Under the pieces are notes generated by a model, which was not told the origin of the DNA, ran no database searches, and saw nothing but the letters and a program-made list of their open reading frames with translations. A stretch of 64,000 nucleotides of DNA, from NCBI GenBank assembly GCA_043228905.1, contig JBHGNT010000018.1, positions 17,112,001 to 17,176,000 of the forward strand, written 5' to 3'. This DNA is from Azolla caroliniana (Eukaryota; Plantae; Polypodiophyta). Shown piece after piece: positions 22,889 through 36,236 of this stretch. A program made the position numbers and the translations under genes. Each line of letters opens with the position of its first letter. Positions within the stretch are counted from its first letter, which is position 1.

Positions 22889-25005
22889 TCCCAGTTCTCA
22901 CCACCGAGGGATTCGAGGTTTCGCTTGTGGTTCGGTCGCACCGTCAGAAATTGGACCGAATGGCGCCCATCCTGGCTTTTGACCCTCGCGTAGGTTGAAC
23001 CGTTGTCCAGCACTTTGGTCTCCATCCGCGCCGCCGTGATGTATGGTTCCCCTAATATGACCGGGTGCGAGGATGTCTCCTGTACGAAGAAGTGCTGGTC
23101 AATCTCGACGTCGCCGATCTTGACTCGCACGTTCGGGCAGGCCCCATGCAGTTCCTCGGTGGCGCGCGTCGCCGCCCGTATCTTCCAGCCGTGCTTGGTG
23201 TTGATCGGCCATTTTCCCTTCTTATAGAAGTCCATGGACATCAGGTTTATTTCCGAACCGTGGTCCACCAGTGCCACCACCGGTTCTTGAACATCTCCGA
23301 TCTTTACCGGGGTCACCGTGGTCGCTCGGGCCCAGTGTGGCCTCGAATAGTGGCTCTCCGCCCACTCATCTTCCAGCGCCATGTCGTCGATGTGCGTCGT
23401 CCGCACCTCCACCGGTCTTTCCGGTTCCGTCTCCGTCGACAACCTCTTTCGTTTCACCAAGTCCACAATGGAGTCGTGGAACTCCTTCTTGGCGATCCCT
23501 AGCACCTCCCGCAATGATAGCTCCACTTTGCTATCGAGGATCCGTTCTTCTAGGACCTTTCGTAGGTCCGTAGTCCTTTCTATTTCCGTCCCCAGTCGGT
23601 ATCCGCCCTTCCTGGGGTTATCTTGTGAGCTGGGCCCATCGGCATCGTTCCGTCGCTGCTCGAATCGGGTCTCGTACCGTTGTGAGGGCCTGGCCGCTCC
23701 GGCTTTCCCCACTCGTTTGTCTTCTACCAGAGCCTCGTAGTTCCGGCAGGCGGCTTCTACGAAGCCCGTCTTCTCCTCGACCGGGTCGCTCCACCCAGTT
23801 ACTTCCCGGACGCGTCTCTCGGCGCGGTCCGCTTCGTCTTTCCTCAACCGTGCGCTGGCGAGGACTTCCAGCATTGCCGACCAGAATCCGTCTTTGCTCT
23901 CCTTTCGGGCCTCGCTGTCCCCGACCCGAATGCCGGCCGACACCGAGTAGTGGATGGCCTCCACGTGTCGGGCTGCTGCCTCTTCCATCAGTCTCTTCAT
24001 ACCTCCTCGCCCATCGTTTCGGTTTAGGGCCCTTCTGGTGTCGCCGGCGTGCACCTGGCCTTCCCACAGGTACACCACCCGGTTCCTCAACGCCTCTGCG
24101 AAATCGCCGCAGTCCTTCCGAATGTGGCCGACCTCGTCGCACCAAATGCACATGTTCCCTGCTGCCGGCCGTCGGTCACGAGCCGGTTCGCCGCCTTCCC
24201 TTCGAGTCTGGGCGATCTGGAGATCCTTTATCGCCCGCGTCAACTCCTCCAGCGCTGCTCCTCCGGACGAGCCATTGACCATGCCAGTCGAAGCCGGACC
24301 GGTTTCGAGCCATTCCCGGGTTTCTTCCCTTCGCCCTTGCAGTGCCGGTTCAAGCCTCCTTGCTGTGACAGAGCCCGCACCGGCCGCCCCGTTGTCAGCC
24401 CATTCCCGCCATTTGTTGAAACGGCCACAGACTCTCTTAACTGCAGCCCAGTCGGTCGTCAGCCCATCTTCGGTTTCCAGCAAGGAGCCGCCTTGATCCC
24501 GGTCCCGCTCGTCCACCGACTTGACGAACAGTAGGACCCGGCTCGTATCCAGAACGGTTCGGTCAAGCGCCGAAAGGCGCGCAAAGCGTTCTTCGAACTC
24601 CCGGAGGAGTGCCGATGCGTTTCTTCCCTTGCCGGGGGACTCCACCCATTCCATGAAGTCTCGTTTCGAAAGCCGGAGTGCATCGTCCAGCCCGTATTTT
24701 TCTAGGAGTCGGCCTTCGAACTCCTCCCAGGTACGGCTCTCCGCCCGCACCTCGAGCACCTCCGCATGGATGCTCGGCATCGCAACTCGAGGAAACCCGG
24801 CAAGACGCCTCTCTTCCGGAATGTCCCGGATCAGCATTTCTGCCCCGTAGGACGCCAAATACTTCGTGGCATCCTTTCCGCTGAACTGGCCGATCGTACC
24901 GACGACCGCCTCAATGGCTCTGTCGAGGGCGCCGGTGCCCTCGCGTGCACTCAATATCCGATCCACGGCCGAAGCCATGGCCTTTGCAAGATCCGACCCC
25001 TTCAT
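22879..25005 (-). CDS. D gag-protease
   Basis: Knuckle CIWCDEVGHIRKDC and protease ALVDHGSEINL. The first ATG after the PBS is at 25005. Confidence 0.88.
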   Translation of the reverse strand: MKGSDLAKAMASAVDRILSAREGTGALDRAIEAVVGTIGQFSGKDATKYLASYGAEMLIRDIPEERRLAGFPRVAMPSIHAEVLEVRAESRTWEEFEGRLLEKYGLDDALRLSKRDFMEWVESPGKGRNASALLREFEERFARLSALDRTVLDTSRVLLFVKSVDERDRDQGGSLLETEDGLTTDWAAVKRVCGRFNKWREWADNGAAGAGSVTARRLEPALQGRREETREWLETGPASTGMVNGSSGGAALEELTRAIKDLQIAQTRREGGEPARDRRPAAGNMCIWCDEVGHIRKDCGDFAEALRNRVVYLWEGQVHAGDTRRALNRNDGRGGMKRLMEEAAARHVEAIHYSVSAGIRVGDSEARKESKDGFWSAMLEVLASARLRKDEADRAERRVREVTGWSDPVEEKTGFVEAACRNYEALVEDKRVGKAGAARPSQRYETRFEQRRNDADGPSSQDNPRKGGYRLGTEIERTTDLRKVLEERILDSKVELSLREVLGIAKKEFHDSIVDLVKRKRLSTETEPERPVEVRTTHIDDMALEDEWAESHYSRPHWARATTVTPVKIGDVQEPVVALVDHGSEINLMSMDFYKKGKWPINTKHGWKIRAATRATEELHGACPNVRVKIGDVEIDQHFFVQETSSHPVILGEPYITAARMETKVLDNGSTYARVKSQDGRHSVQFLTVRPNHKRNLESLGGENWEDF

Positions 25006-28000
25006 CTTCTGCTCTTCTGCCGCCTCCTTCACGTCGGGTTCACCAATATGTCGAGGTATTCCTCGCGGATGCGTGGAATGAGGCGGGACCGCGGGGGTCT
25101 TGTACCGAAGAGCAAGAGAGAAAGGAGAAGGGAAGAGACCCACTAGGTGCGAGCGTAGATCCACAGGGACACAACCCTTCGACACAAAGACGCGAGTGAG
25201 ACAGCGACACAGAGAGACACGAATGTATGTATGTATTAACAAAGACAAACAACAAGAACACGAAGTCGGTTACAACCGAACAGGCCGGCGAACAGATGCC
25301 GATGCCTGTTCGTAAACGCATAGAAAGGAAAGAGTAGGTTGGAGGTGCTGCCGGAAGCACTCGGGCATTCCTCAGAGCAGCGCGAGCCTCCCGAAACCTG
25401 CACAGAAAGGAGCTACAGAGTATGGAAGAGAGAGAAGCCTTCGGCCCGCAATCCGACAACACTTCGTCCTTTCTATCCGCGATCCTTATTCCCCTCCTCG
25501 TCTCCCTCCTTTTATAGGCAAGGAAGGAGCCGTTTCCTATTAACTTCCTACCTACCGAATCTACCTACCTAGGATCTCCCATGTCCCTAATTCTCTCCTA
25601 TGTACAACACAAGGCGTACGTGCATGAAGAGCCGGTTCTTATGCTCCGGCGCACCAATTCGGCTTGTGGACGGTTTTCTTCACGACAACGTAAAAACTGC
25701 CACATAGTAGAAGTCGCACGAGCCATGATGAATGAGAAGAACCTGCCGAAATCGTACTGGGCAGAAGCAGCGAATATGGCCGTATATCTCATGAATAAAT
25801 GCACAACCTCATGAGTACACGACATAACTCCTCATGAGAAGTTCTTTGGAAAGAAGTCAGACTTATCACATGTCCGCATTTTCGGTTCTATCGCCTACGT
25901 ACATATTCCCGACGATACGCGGCAAAAGCTTGACCCAAAGTCGGAGAAATGTATCCTCGTAGGATACTCACTCGAACAGAAGGGGTACAAATGCTACAAC
26001 CCATCTACCCGTAAGGTTTGAACAAGTCGAGACGTAGTCTTCGACGAATACGCATCCTGGTACGCACCAAAGAACACTTTGACTCCAACCCCGCTCGACG
26101 CGGATGACACTGAAATAGAAATAGAAGCTAAGGATCGGCTCACATAGACATTAGAAGACAACCCAATTACGACAGGGCTGAGTGGGCCATCAGAGCCGCC
26201 GAGCGATGAAAGCACATCCCGGCCGAGTCCAAAGCTGGACAAAGGCAAAGCAAAAATGCAGGAGTATGAAGATCATTTCGATCTCGACAGTGAGTTCGAT
26301 GGCCTTGATATCCATACGGACGGCGTGAAGAAACCCCTAGAATCCACAAATGACAAGCCACGCCGATCCACACGCGAGAAGAACCCCGTAAACCGATACG
26401 GCTACGACGAGTACATGGCGTATCATTACGCATTCATGATGAAGGTAGCGTCAGTACGGGAACCGGAAACGCTTTCCGAAGCCACAAAGGATCCATGATG
26501 GGTCAACGCAATGAATGAGGAGATGGAAGCGTTATGCAAAAACGAGACATTGGATCTCGTTCCTCAGCCCCCGAACAAGAAACCAATTGGTTGCAGGTGG
26601 ATTTACAAGGTGAAGCACAATGCCGATGGTTCCGTAAATCGCTTTAAAGCATGGCTCGTTGCAAAAGGCTACACACAGACACACGGCGTAGACTACAAAG
26701 AAACCTTTGCCCCGGTGGCAAAGATGTTGACAGTACGGACCGTAGTCGCGTTAGCAACAACAAAAGGGTGGCACCTCCATCAAATGGACGTGAAAAACGC
26801 TTTCCTCCAAGGGATTCGAATCGTGTAATCATCCGCACGCCATATGCCGACTCAAGAAGCCACTCTACGGCCTCAAATAAGCACCGCGTGCCTGGCACTT
26901 GAAGATCACGTAGTATCTTCACCAAGTTGGATTTCGGATGTCATAATCCGATACATCTCTGTACATTCGAAATGAAGGACCTGCACGAACTTCATTACTT
27001 TCTAGGTATTGAAGTAATTCGGACACCAGTCGGGATCATGATCTCACAACGACACTACATTCTCAACTTACTCTACAAGTTCGGAATGACAGAGGGCAAA
27101 CCTGTGAATACCCCTCTTGAACGTAATCTCAAGATTGATGCCAACTCTTGCACGACCGCGAGCGAGTCGACTCAGTATTGTCAACTGATTGACAATCTAA
27201 TCTACCTAACCATTACGCGACCCGACCTCAGTTATTCGGTTGGCCTACTTAGCCAATTCATGCAGAATCCAAGAAACCTTCACCTCGATTGCGCTAAGAG
27301 GATACTACGGTATGTTAGCAAAACAATGGATTATGGCATCTTGTATTAAGTCGAATACGACCATTCGACTTGAAGGGTACACAGATGCGGACAGGGCAGG
27401 ATACAAAGCGGATAGAAGATCCACATCCGGATTCGTCTTCTCCCTCGGCAGTGGAGCAATTTCTTGGAGTAGCAAGAAACAACCGATAGTCGCACTGTCG
27501 AGCACGGAAGCTGAATACAGGGGCGCGACAGTCACCGCATGTGAAGCTGTATGGCTTAAGCGTATACTAAAAGATCTGGGTGTACCCATCAAAGATCCAA
27601 TATGCCTGTACTGCGACAACATGAGTAGTATCTACCTCACGCATAACCCCGTATTTCACGCGCGGACTAAACACATCGAAGTGCACTACCACTTCATCCG
27701 CGAGTGCGTTCAGGCCGGAGAAATTGACCTCCAACACATCAGCACGCACCTACAAGTCGCTGATATCTTTACAAAGGCCTTAGGCATCGACAAGCTCGGG
27801 CAATTTGCATTGGATCTTGGTCTCACGTCGTCCACATTGCCGAGCTTGAGGGGGAGTACGCAGACGCAACACGGATAGGCTACGCAATACGCAACATAGC
27901 TGACTAGACCAGTCGAAGTACGAACTGAACGACTTTCCGACAGATGGAAGTTGTGTTCGAAGGGGCATGTGGAGAATCGAACTTAACTTCCCATAGATAG

Positions 28001-29338
28001 GTTTCACATTAGCTCATGGACATCCAGGCTAGTTTTCTAAATAGTAGAAAGGGCGCTTGCCCTAGCTTAGTTGGTATATAAACCAACTCATTATAACTTA
28101 GTTAATGTTGGATGTATTTTGTTTCGTTAATATAATATATGCTTTTGTCTATCTCTGTCTCTTGAGCTCTCCATCTTTCTCTCTCTACTGTTATACATAC
28201 ACACACCTACGTTCACCTTCTGTTGCATTGCAATCACCACATACTCCATTTCCTAACATGAGCGTCGGGGTGTGGTGGCGCCTCTGCTACCTGGATGTAG
28301 CCTTCAAAGCCCTTTTCCAAGAGCCATCGTCGCAGTGCTAAGGAGATGGGGATCAACATAGTACCGTGGCAGGGATCGTGCGAGGAGTGATTAGGGGTTA
28401 GGGCACGCGAGTTGCTTGGACCGTGATTCTTGTGAAAAGCTAGAGAGCGAGGGGAGAAGAAGGCTTGATTATGTTTTCTGTAATGTGCAGAAAACCGTCT
28501 GTTCTCCTCTTTTTGTGAGTTAGGGTTCATGGGCCTGTGCCTCATTGTGCCGACGCACGTTCTTTCCCTTGGAAAGTGTGCATGCATAAAAGCCCTTTAA
28601 TAGTTGTGATTGTCCTCACCTTCTTTTTTTAACGGTAAAGTACAATATTAATGTTACATTTCTTACAAGTAGGTCTCGACTATGAAGCAACGACCATATC
28701 GTCTTTTACGCCGTGAAACGAATTCGGTGGCGTAGGTTCGAAGTGCGGCTTCAGGTGGAACCCATTCCCTTTCTGCCACAATATTTCGCTTGCAAGGGTC
28801 CCTAATTGAAAGGTTCCATTTTCCGCCCCTATTATCCAATACGGCCCTGTCCAGCGGAATCTAATTTTCCTGGCATTTGGCCCATCCGGGTTTGGAAAAC
28901 TAAAATGGCTTTCCCAACTTTGAAGTGTTTTTCACTAGTGCCTCGGTGCCGGTCTATGAACGCTTTACGTCGTCTTTGCTTGTGTTCTAGGATTGCCATA
29001 CTTTGGACTCGTGTTTCGCCTAACTCCAATAATTGCTGTAAACGTATTTGTTCGGACTGACCTTCCGACAGTCTTTCACGAACTTGAATACGCAAGCGGG
29101 GTACCTGAAATTCAATGGGCATTATGGCTTCCAGCCCGTACGCTAGTCAGAAGGGAGTTGATTGTATGCTTGTCTTGTAGCTCATGCGGTAAGCCCACAA
29201 GGTGCTATGCAACTTAGTGTCCCAGTCCGTTCTATTCTCATTAACGATCTTTTTCAAGATATTCTGCAATGCCTTGTTCGTTGATTCTGCTAATCCATTT
29301 GCCTGAGGATAATACATCGTACTCTTCTTATGTACTAC

Positions 29339-32300
29339 TGTTGCCGATTAGGAATACGGTCCGCGGTCAGTCCTTCGACCTAGACCTCAAAGTGGGTGTG
29401 GAACAACGAACAGGTGTTTAAGCATACTGTGTAGGGGAAGAATCCCTATAACCTATTAGCGTATAAGGAAGACAGCTACAACCGAATCCCTATCAAGGGT
29501 TACACTTACGTACTTAAACGCTTAGGTATTCAAGACACACAGTGAATTAGCCGTAGCTATACACAGGAAATCAGAGAAGATAGAATTCTATTATCAGCCG
29601 TTTCTTTACATTCCCAAAATTACACGCACCCTCTATCAGAGGTTTTCTGCCCTTTATATATGCAGGGTCTATTTAGTCGTTCACACTTCCTGCGTGAACC
29701 GTTACATGCGTTATGGTCCTATATTATTTCCTATTCCTACGCTTTTGTCCGTCGGTTACTATTCCGGCGGACAACACCTGGCACGTCTGAGGGATAGTGC
29801 CCTGGCACGTCGGACCCATCCCGTTAATCCTCTTCCCAAATGGCCCGGATGTTTGGCTCTGCTGCGGTGTCTGCGTCCGTCGGTGACGTAGGGCCCGTAG
29901 GTGCATCGTGGTGTGGCTCCCTTGTTTGGTTGGGCTGGTTTCTCCCGGAGTCGCCGTCGCCGTGTGTGGGCGGTCTGGGTACGATGGACTCTTCTTGAGC
30001 TAGTGGGTTGGGCTCCACCATTGTCGTGCTTGCAGTCGGCTGCGGCTCTGCCTCTATTGTTGCGTCCTCTGTAGTGTCGGCCGTTTTTGTACGTTCTGGG
30101 GAGTGGGGCGGGTGGTTGTGGTGGGTTGGAGCTTTGTGGTAGGATGGGGAAGAAGGTGAGGGGGAGGAGCGATGGGAGCGCTGATAACTAGAAGATGGGT
30201 TTCTGTTTTGTGCAGAAAATCTTCTGTTTCCTTTTATTTGTGGCTTAGGGTTCATTGGGCGGTGAGCCATCGTGGTGCCGCGTGTTCTTGAACTAGGAGT
30301 TTGTGCATGCCTTTAGTCGTTTTAATAGTCGCTATCTTCTCCTCTTTTTTTTTTTTTCGTAACGGTTATTTACCTTTTTTTACATTATGATACAAGTGGG
30401 GCTGTCCATTTTACGCTATGAGTTCTCTGGCTCTGTCCCGTTCGGTGGTGAATGGGTTAGGTGGCGTAGGGCCCAGGTAAGGTTTGAGCCGAAACCCATT
30501 CACCTTTTGCCGTACTACTTCTTCGGCCAACGTACCTAGTTGGAACGTGCCTTGTTCCGCTCCAATTATCCAGTATGGGCCGGTCCAACGGAATCGTAAC
30601 TTCCCCGGCATGTGGCCCATGCGCGTTTGGAAAACTAGGATCGCTTGACCCACGGCGAACTCCTTTTCCCTTGCATTCCGATGTCGGTCCACAAACGCTT
30701 TACGTCGTCGCTGTTCCTGCTCCAACACTGCCATGTTGTGGACGCGCTTTTCCCCTAGTTCGAGGAGGTGGTAGAGCCGTATCTCCTCCGACTTGGCTTC
30801 TGATAGTCGGTTCTGTACCTGAATTCGCAAACTAGGTATCTGAAATTCGACCTACATAACAGCCTCCAGCCCAAACGTTAGTCGAAACGGGGTTGACTGT
30901 ATGCTTGTTTTGTAGCTGGTTCTATACGCCCATAACGCACTCTGTAGTTTGGTATCCCAGTCCGTTCTATTTTCATTGACGATTTTCTTCAAAATGGTCT
31001 GTAATGTCTTGTTGGTGGATTCTGCTAATCCATTCGCTTGCGGATAATATGACGTGCTCTTCTTATGGAATACGGCGTAATGATGTGTTAGTTCCCAAAC
31101 CACCGTATTGAGAAAGTGACTCCCTTGGTCACTGATGAGCTCAATCGGGTAGCCAAACCGGCACCAGATGTGCTCGTAAAGGAACTTGGCTGTGACGATC
31201 GCCGTATTTTCACATAGGGCCTTTGCTTCTACCCATTTGGTCCAGTAATCCGTGGCTACCAATATGTATTTATTGCCTGTACGGGCCGCCGCTGGTGTGA
31301 AGGGCCCCACAAAATCCAATCCCCACTTTTGGAAGGGGTCTAGTGGTAATACGGGTTGGTGTGGCATCCTTGTGCCCTCCGCGGGTTGTCCCATCCGTTG
31401 ACACAAATCACACTTTCGACAATACTCGGATGCGTCCTTCTGTGTTGTTGGCCACCATAGGCCCGCCTGCCATACTTTTCGGGATGTGATGTCGCCCGCG
31501 TAATGGCCGCCTGCCATGCCGCTGTGTGCCTCTCGTAAAACTGCTTCCTTCTCATCGTGACGTATCCCATGTCGCCAAATGCCGTCACTTCCTTTGTGAT
31601 ATAAAACGCCTTCGACGAGGCAAAAGTGACGACTTTGGACGGCTAGTCGTTTCTTCTCGTCCGTGCGTAATTGTGGTGGAGGTAGTCCCGTAGTTAAAAA
31701 GTACATCATTTCCATAAGCCATCGGTTCGAAAAGGTCGATTCCGTCCTTTCTGCTGGTGTTGCTACCCGCAGGATGTCAGCGTCCGGAAAATCGTCGTCA
31801 TCTTTCTGTACTGTTTCTCCATTCTCGAGTCTGCTCAAAAAATCCGCCACTGCGTGTTGCGTCCCTGGTCAGTGCTGGATTACGAAATCGAATTCCTGGA
31901 GCAGCAGCATCCACCGTGCCAATTTCCCTGTCAGGGCTTGTTTCTCCACCAAATACAGAAGTGCCGAATGATCCACGTGGAACGTGAATTCCCATCCTAA
32001 TAAATAGTGCCGGAATTTATTAATGCTATAGATCATCCCTAGCGCCTCCCGTTCCGTTGTGGAGTAGTTACGCTCTGTTGTTGATAATTTGCGACTAGCG
32101 TAGTATACTGGCCGGTACCAGCTTGGGTCGGTGAGCTGCATTAGTGCACTTCCTATTGCTATGTCCGAGGCGTCGACGAACACGTGGAATGGCTTCGCCC
32201 AAATTGGTGGTTTCACGATGGGGGCTTGTGTGAGCATTATCTTAAGTGCCTCGTAGGCCTTATCCTCCGTTGCAGTCCATTGGAAAGGAGTCCGATGTAC

Positions 32301-35300
32301 GGCAACGTGTAATGGTGTGGCGAAGTCCGCTAAATACCGTATCATCCGACTATGCCACCTTATTTGCCCCAAAAACCAGCTGAGTGATTTGGCGTTTGTC
32401 GGAGTGTTGGCTTGCGTAATCGCGGAGATTTTGTTTGGGTCAACCGCTATTCCCTCCTTGCTGACTATATGGCCCAAGAGAGTCCCATTGGTCACGCCAA
32501 AAGCACATTTTGCGGGATTCAGGCTTAAGCATGTGGTGCGGCAACGTTCCAGGCACAATTGTAAGTGCGAGAAATGGTCTATTGTTTTCCCATATACCGC
32601 AAAGTCGTCTAAAAAACCTTGCATGAACGTCGGAATGTATTCCCCAAATATCTCTGTAATTGTCCGTTGAAATATTGACGACGTTGTCTTTAGCCCGAAC
32701 ATCATGACGACTGCCACATATACTCCCCAGTCCGTGACAAATGTCATTTTCTCTTGGTCCTCGGGATGCATGCGTACCTGGTTATAGCCACTGAAGCCAT
32801 CTAAAAAACTGTACATCTCATGGCCTGCGACGGCGTCCAGTACGCTATCGGTGAAGGGTAAGGGAAATGCGTCTGTAATGGTGACGACGTTTAATTTTCG
32901 ATAATCTACGCATACCGGTATTTTTCCGTTTTTCTTTGGAACGACCACTATCGGGCTTAACCATGTCGCTTGTTTAACTGGTCGTATGAACCCCGCCTTC
33001 AGGAACTTGTCAATTTCTTCTTTCACGCGGGTCGCGTAGTTCGGGTTCATGCGGTAGCGGCGCTGTTGGACGGGTTTCGCGTCGGTTGCTAAATTAATCT
33101 TATGCTGATAGAACTTGGGATCTAACCCCTTCATGTCCTCATGAGCCCAAGCGAACACATCCTTATATTCCGTGAGTAGTGCGATCATCGTTTTTCGCTA
33201 GTCCGGCCGTAATTCCTTTGCAATGGAGAGGAAACGAGGCTCCGATTCCGTACCCATATTTACTTCTTCGAGGGCGGAAGCGGTGACTCGTCGAGAAATC
33301 TCCATTTCCCTTTCGAATGCTGCCCATGCTCTGCTGAGTTCCAGTATGGACTCTGGGTTTGGTTCGTAAGGCTCGTCGTGGAGAATAGTGGCCGTGGCAT
33401 ATTCTGCCGCGGTTGCGATGACGTCTATTTCAAACAACGGAATAATCCGAGGGTGCTCGTCGAGGTATGCCTGCAATTCTGCATCCTCCACCCCAGCCAA
33501 TATATTTATATCTTCTGCGTATAATGGTGTTATACCCTTCAGTTGTGGCGTGCTTCCTTCCGTAGGTACGCGAACCTTGGCGCGTCCGTGTCGGAAACTA
33601 ATACACTTGTGTTGTCAGCTCTGCTTGATATTTGCTGCCCGAAGCCATGGTCTGCCCAAAAGCACTGGGTATGCCCCTGGGGCGTCCAAGGCGAGGACGA
33701 CCGCCGAGATGTCGAATCGGTGTCCTCCCACAATAATGCCGATTTTGCGAATTAATCCTAATGGTCGTACTGAGCGGGTATCCGCCATTCAGAGCCAGAA
33801 TGGGCAAGCCTCCCATTCTGAAATGCCTAACTGCTTGCAAGTTTTCGCGCTAATGACATTGATGCTTGAGCTGCCGTCGATTACACATCCAGGAATTTCT
33901 TGTCCGTGTAATATTAATGTAATAGCTGGGTTGTGCTGATCCACTACCGGCGGTCCGCTGCTGACGTCTGTAAGGTTTGTAGCGATACTCACCCCGGGTA
34001 TGCCTGTCACCCGTTCTTCCATGGTTTGGCAGAAACGTGGGACTAGCTGCAGCAGTTTCTCCATAGTTAACGTTATCTCACAGCCCGCTAACGCCTGCCA
34101 AATGGGGTCTGGAACCGGTCTTTCATCCTCTGCTCGCTCCATTGTTTTCACGGACTCCTGCCGCATACGTTCCGTATTTGTCGCGTTTGCTTTTTCCACC
34201 CACGCTTGGGCTTGTCGGCGTACCTCGTCTTGCGCAGCCCAATCAACCGTTTTTGTTTGCTGGCGTGTCGTGACTTGCTGCACCTCCGCCGTAATCGTAT
34301 TGACAGCGGGCCCCTTTCCCTTGCGTGGCATAATGTTCGGGTTGCTGACAAATAAAACAATGGATGCTTGATTCACCCTTCTCGGCTCCTGGTGGTGTGT
34401 GTCGCTCCCCTGGTGCTACTTGCTCCTCGCGGTCCGGCCTCGTTTGTTGGAATGTACGCGGTGGCTGCTATTGGTCCCGTCGTTGTTCCTGGTTCCGCTC
34501 CTCCCCCGAGCTTTCGTCGTAACGCCAGTGATCCCGATATTGTTGTGGCTTACCACGATAGCCATTGATGCCGCCCCGTTTGTTTGTCGGCCGTTGATTC
34601 TCGTAGCGCCGACCCCCTTTGGCGTAACTCGGATGTCCGCGATAATCCTCGTCCTCTGGGTCGTCCTCCTCGGAATCGTTGTGATTTCGGCGATTCTGGT
34701 GGTACCGGTCCTCCCGTGGGTTGCGATCCTTATACCGGGGTCGGTCTTCTTGCCTCCTTTGTTCAACCCGATGTGGTTGACGTTGTGTGTCCATGCTGCG
34801 GACTGCGGGAGTGGCTCTGTTTAACATATTGTACTCGCATTGGTCGACTGTGTGAGCCTTCGAGTGGCAGATTGGGTAGTGGATTCGCATATTGCAGTCC
34901 ATTGCGGAATGCCTGGAGTTCAAGCAAATCGTGCATTGGATTGCTTGCCGAAATTGGCGTTCCTCATCCCGAGGTAACGCTTGTCGTAAGGAGGACATAG
35001 AAAACCTTTCCTCCTCATCATCCAACTCAAGCTGTAACGCTCGTTCAATTACCATATCCGCCGTTTCCCCTTTCACGCTATTGTTGTTGAGCGTTGCCCG
35101 GATGGGCCGGCGTAAAGTTGCCAGAAATGTTTCCCGAGCCTCGTCTTCTGCGGGTCTCCGTTCCAGTTTTCGTTGTAAAATTTAGAAGCGTAAGCTGAAG
35201 TCCGCTATCGTCTCTGTCGGCAGTTGCTTAATCGTATAAAACTATCTGAGGATTTCGCGTTGTGGAACCCTCCGATGGAAGAATCGCAAGAACGCGGACT

Positions 35301-36236
35301 ACAGCTGATCGAAGGTTGTTATTGCTGGTAAATCCATTTGTGAATGCCAAAACGCAGCTCGCCCATCTAATGTTAACCCGAACTCCGTCATTTTCGACTG
35401 GTGTCCTACCGCCTCCGAAAGGCTCTGCGCCATGTGGTTCGCATTCTAGAAATTCAAGAACATGCGAATATGCGTTGCGGCGTCGGTTTCGCTGTTAAAG
35501 CGGGGGTAGGCAAAGGCCATGGTGGGGGCTATGATGGGTTGGGAAAGGCCACCGGGTGGCTGTGGTGAGCGTAGTCCCCGCGTCTCGTCGAGGTATTTGG
35601 GGAGCGAAGAATCACCTTTGTACTCACAGCAGGTCGTACTGAGGTCGCTGAGGCGTGGCTTTTGCCGTGCGCGTTCTTCTGCCTGGCGTGTGACGGACCT
35701 TGTTATTGGCCGGTCTTGTCGTATTGGTTCTCTGGGGCGTCTGCAGCTAAACATCCATTCGTTGTTGCTCGTTTGTGAGAAAACACAGATCACCGGGCGT
35801 GCCAAAAGTGTTGCCGATTAGTAACACGGTCCGCGGTCAGTCCTTCGACCTAGACCTCAAAGTGGGTGTGGAACAACGAACAAGTGTTTAAGCATACTGT
35901 GTAGGGGAAGAATCCCTATAACCTATCAGCGTATAAGGAAGACGGCTACAACCGAATCCCTATCAAGGGTTACACTTACGTACTTAAATGCTTAGGTATT
36001 CAAGATACACACAGTGAATTAGCCGTAGCTATACATAGGAAATCAGAGAAGATAGAATTCTATTATCAGGTGTTTCTTTACATTCCCAAAATTACACGCA
36101 CCGTCTATCAGAGGTTTTCTGCCCTTTATATATGCAGGGTCTATTTAGCCGTTCACGCTTCCTGCATGAACCGTTACATGCGTTATGGTCCTATATTATT
36201 TCCTATCCCTACGCTTTTGTCCGTCGGTGGACAACA
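29339..36236 (-). mobile_element. Element E: Gypsy element related to K, inserted in K's integrase
   Basis: LTRs 29339-29776 and 35809-36236, TSD ACTAC, PBS rc TGGCACGCCCGGTG at 35791-35804 (tRNA-Arg-like). Broken gag-pol 35700-30411. The extra 3' ORF is internally deleted (29824-30270). Confidence 0.93.

Larger units (their letters stand above)
18673..25687 (-). mobile_element. Element D: near-intact Gypsy element with tRNA-Trp PBS, inserted in C's integrase
   Basis: 639-bp LTRs 18673-19311 and 25049-25687, TSD GCGT/ACGT, PBS 25029-25045, PPT from 19312. Confidence 0.95.
10409..28258 (+). mobile_element. Element C: degenerate Ty1/Copia LTR retrotransposon
   Basis: LTRs 10409-10714 and 27968-28258, TSD TGAGC on both sides, Met PBS 10715-10725. 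Gag knuckle [66 protein letters not shown]. Confidence 0.95.

Noticed and set aside
25006-25462. N-terminal extension of D's gag and LTR-encoded ORFs
   Set aside because: They lie in the LTR/PBS and the same peptides appear in the other LTR, so they are probably incidental open frames.
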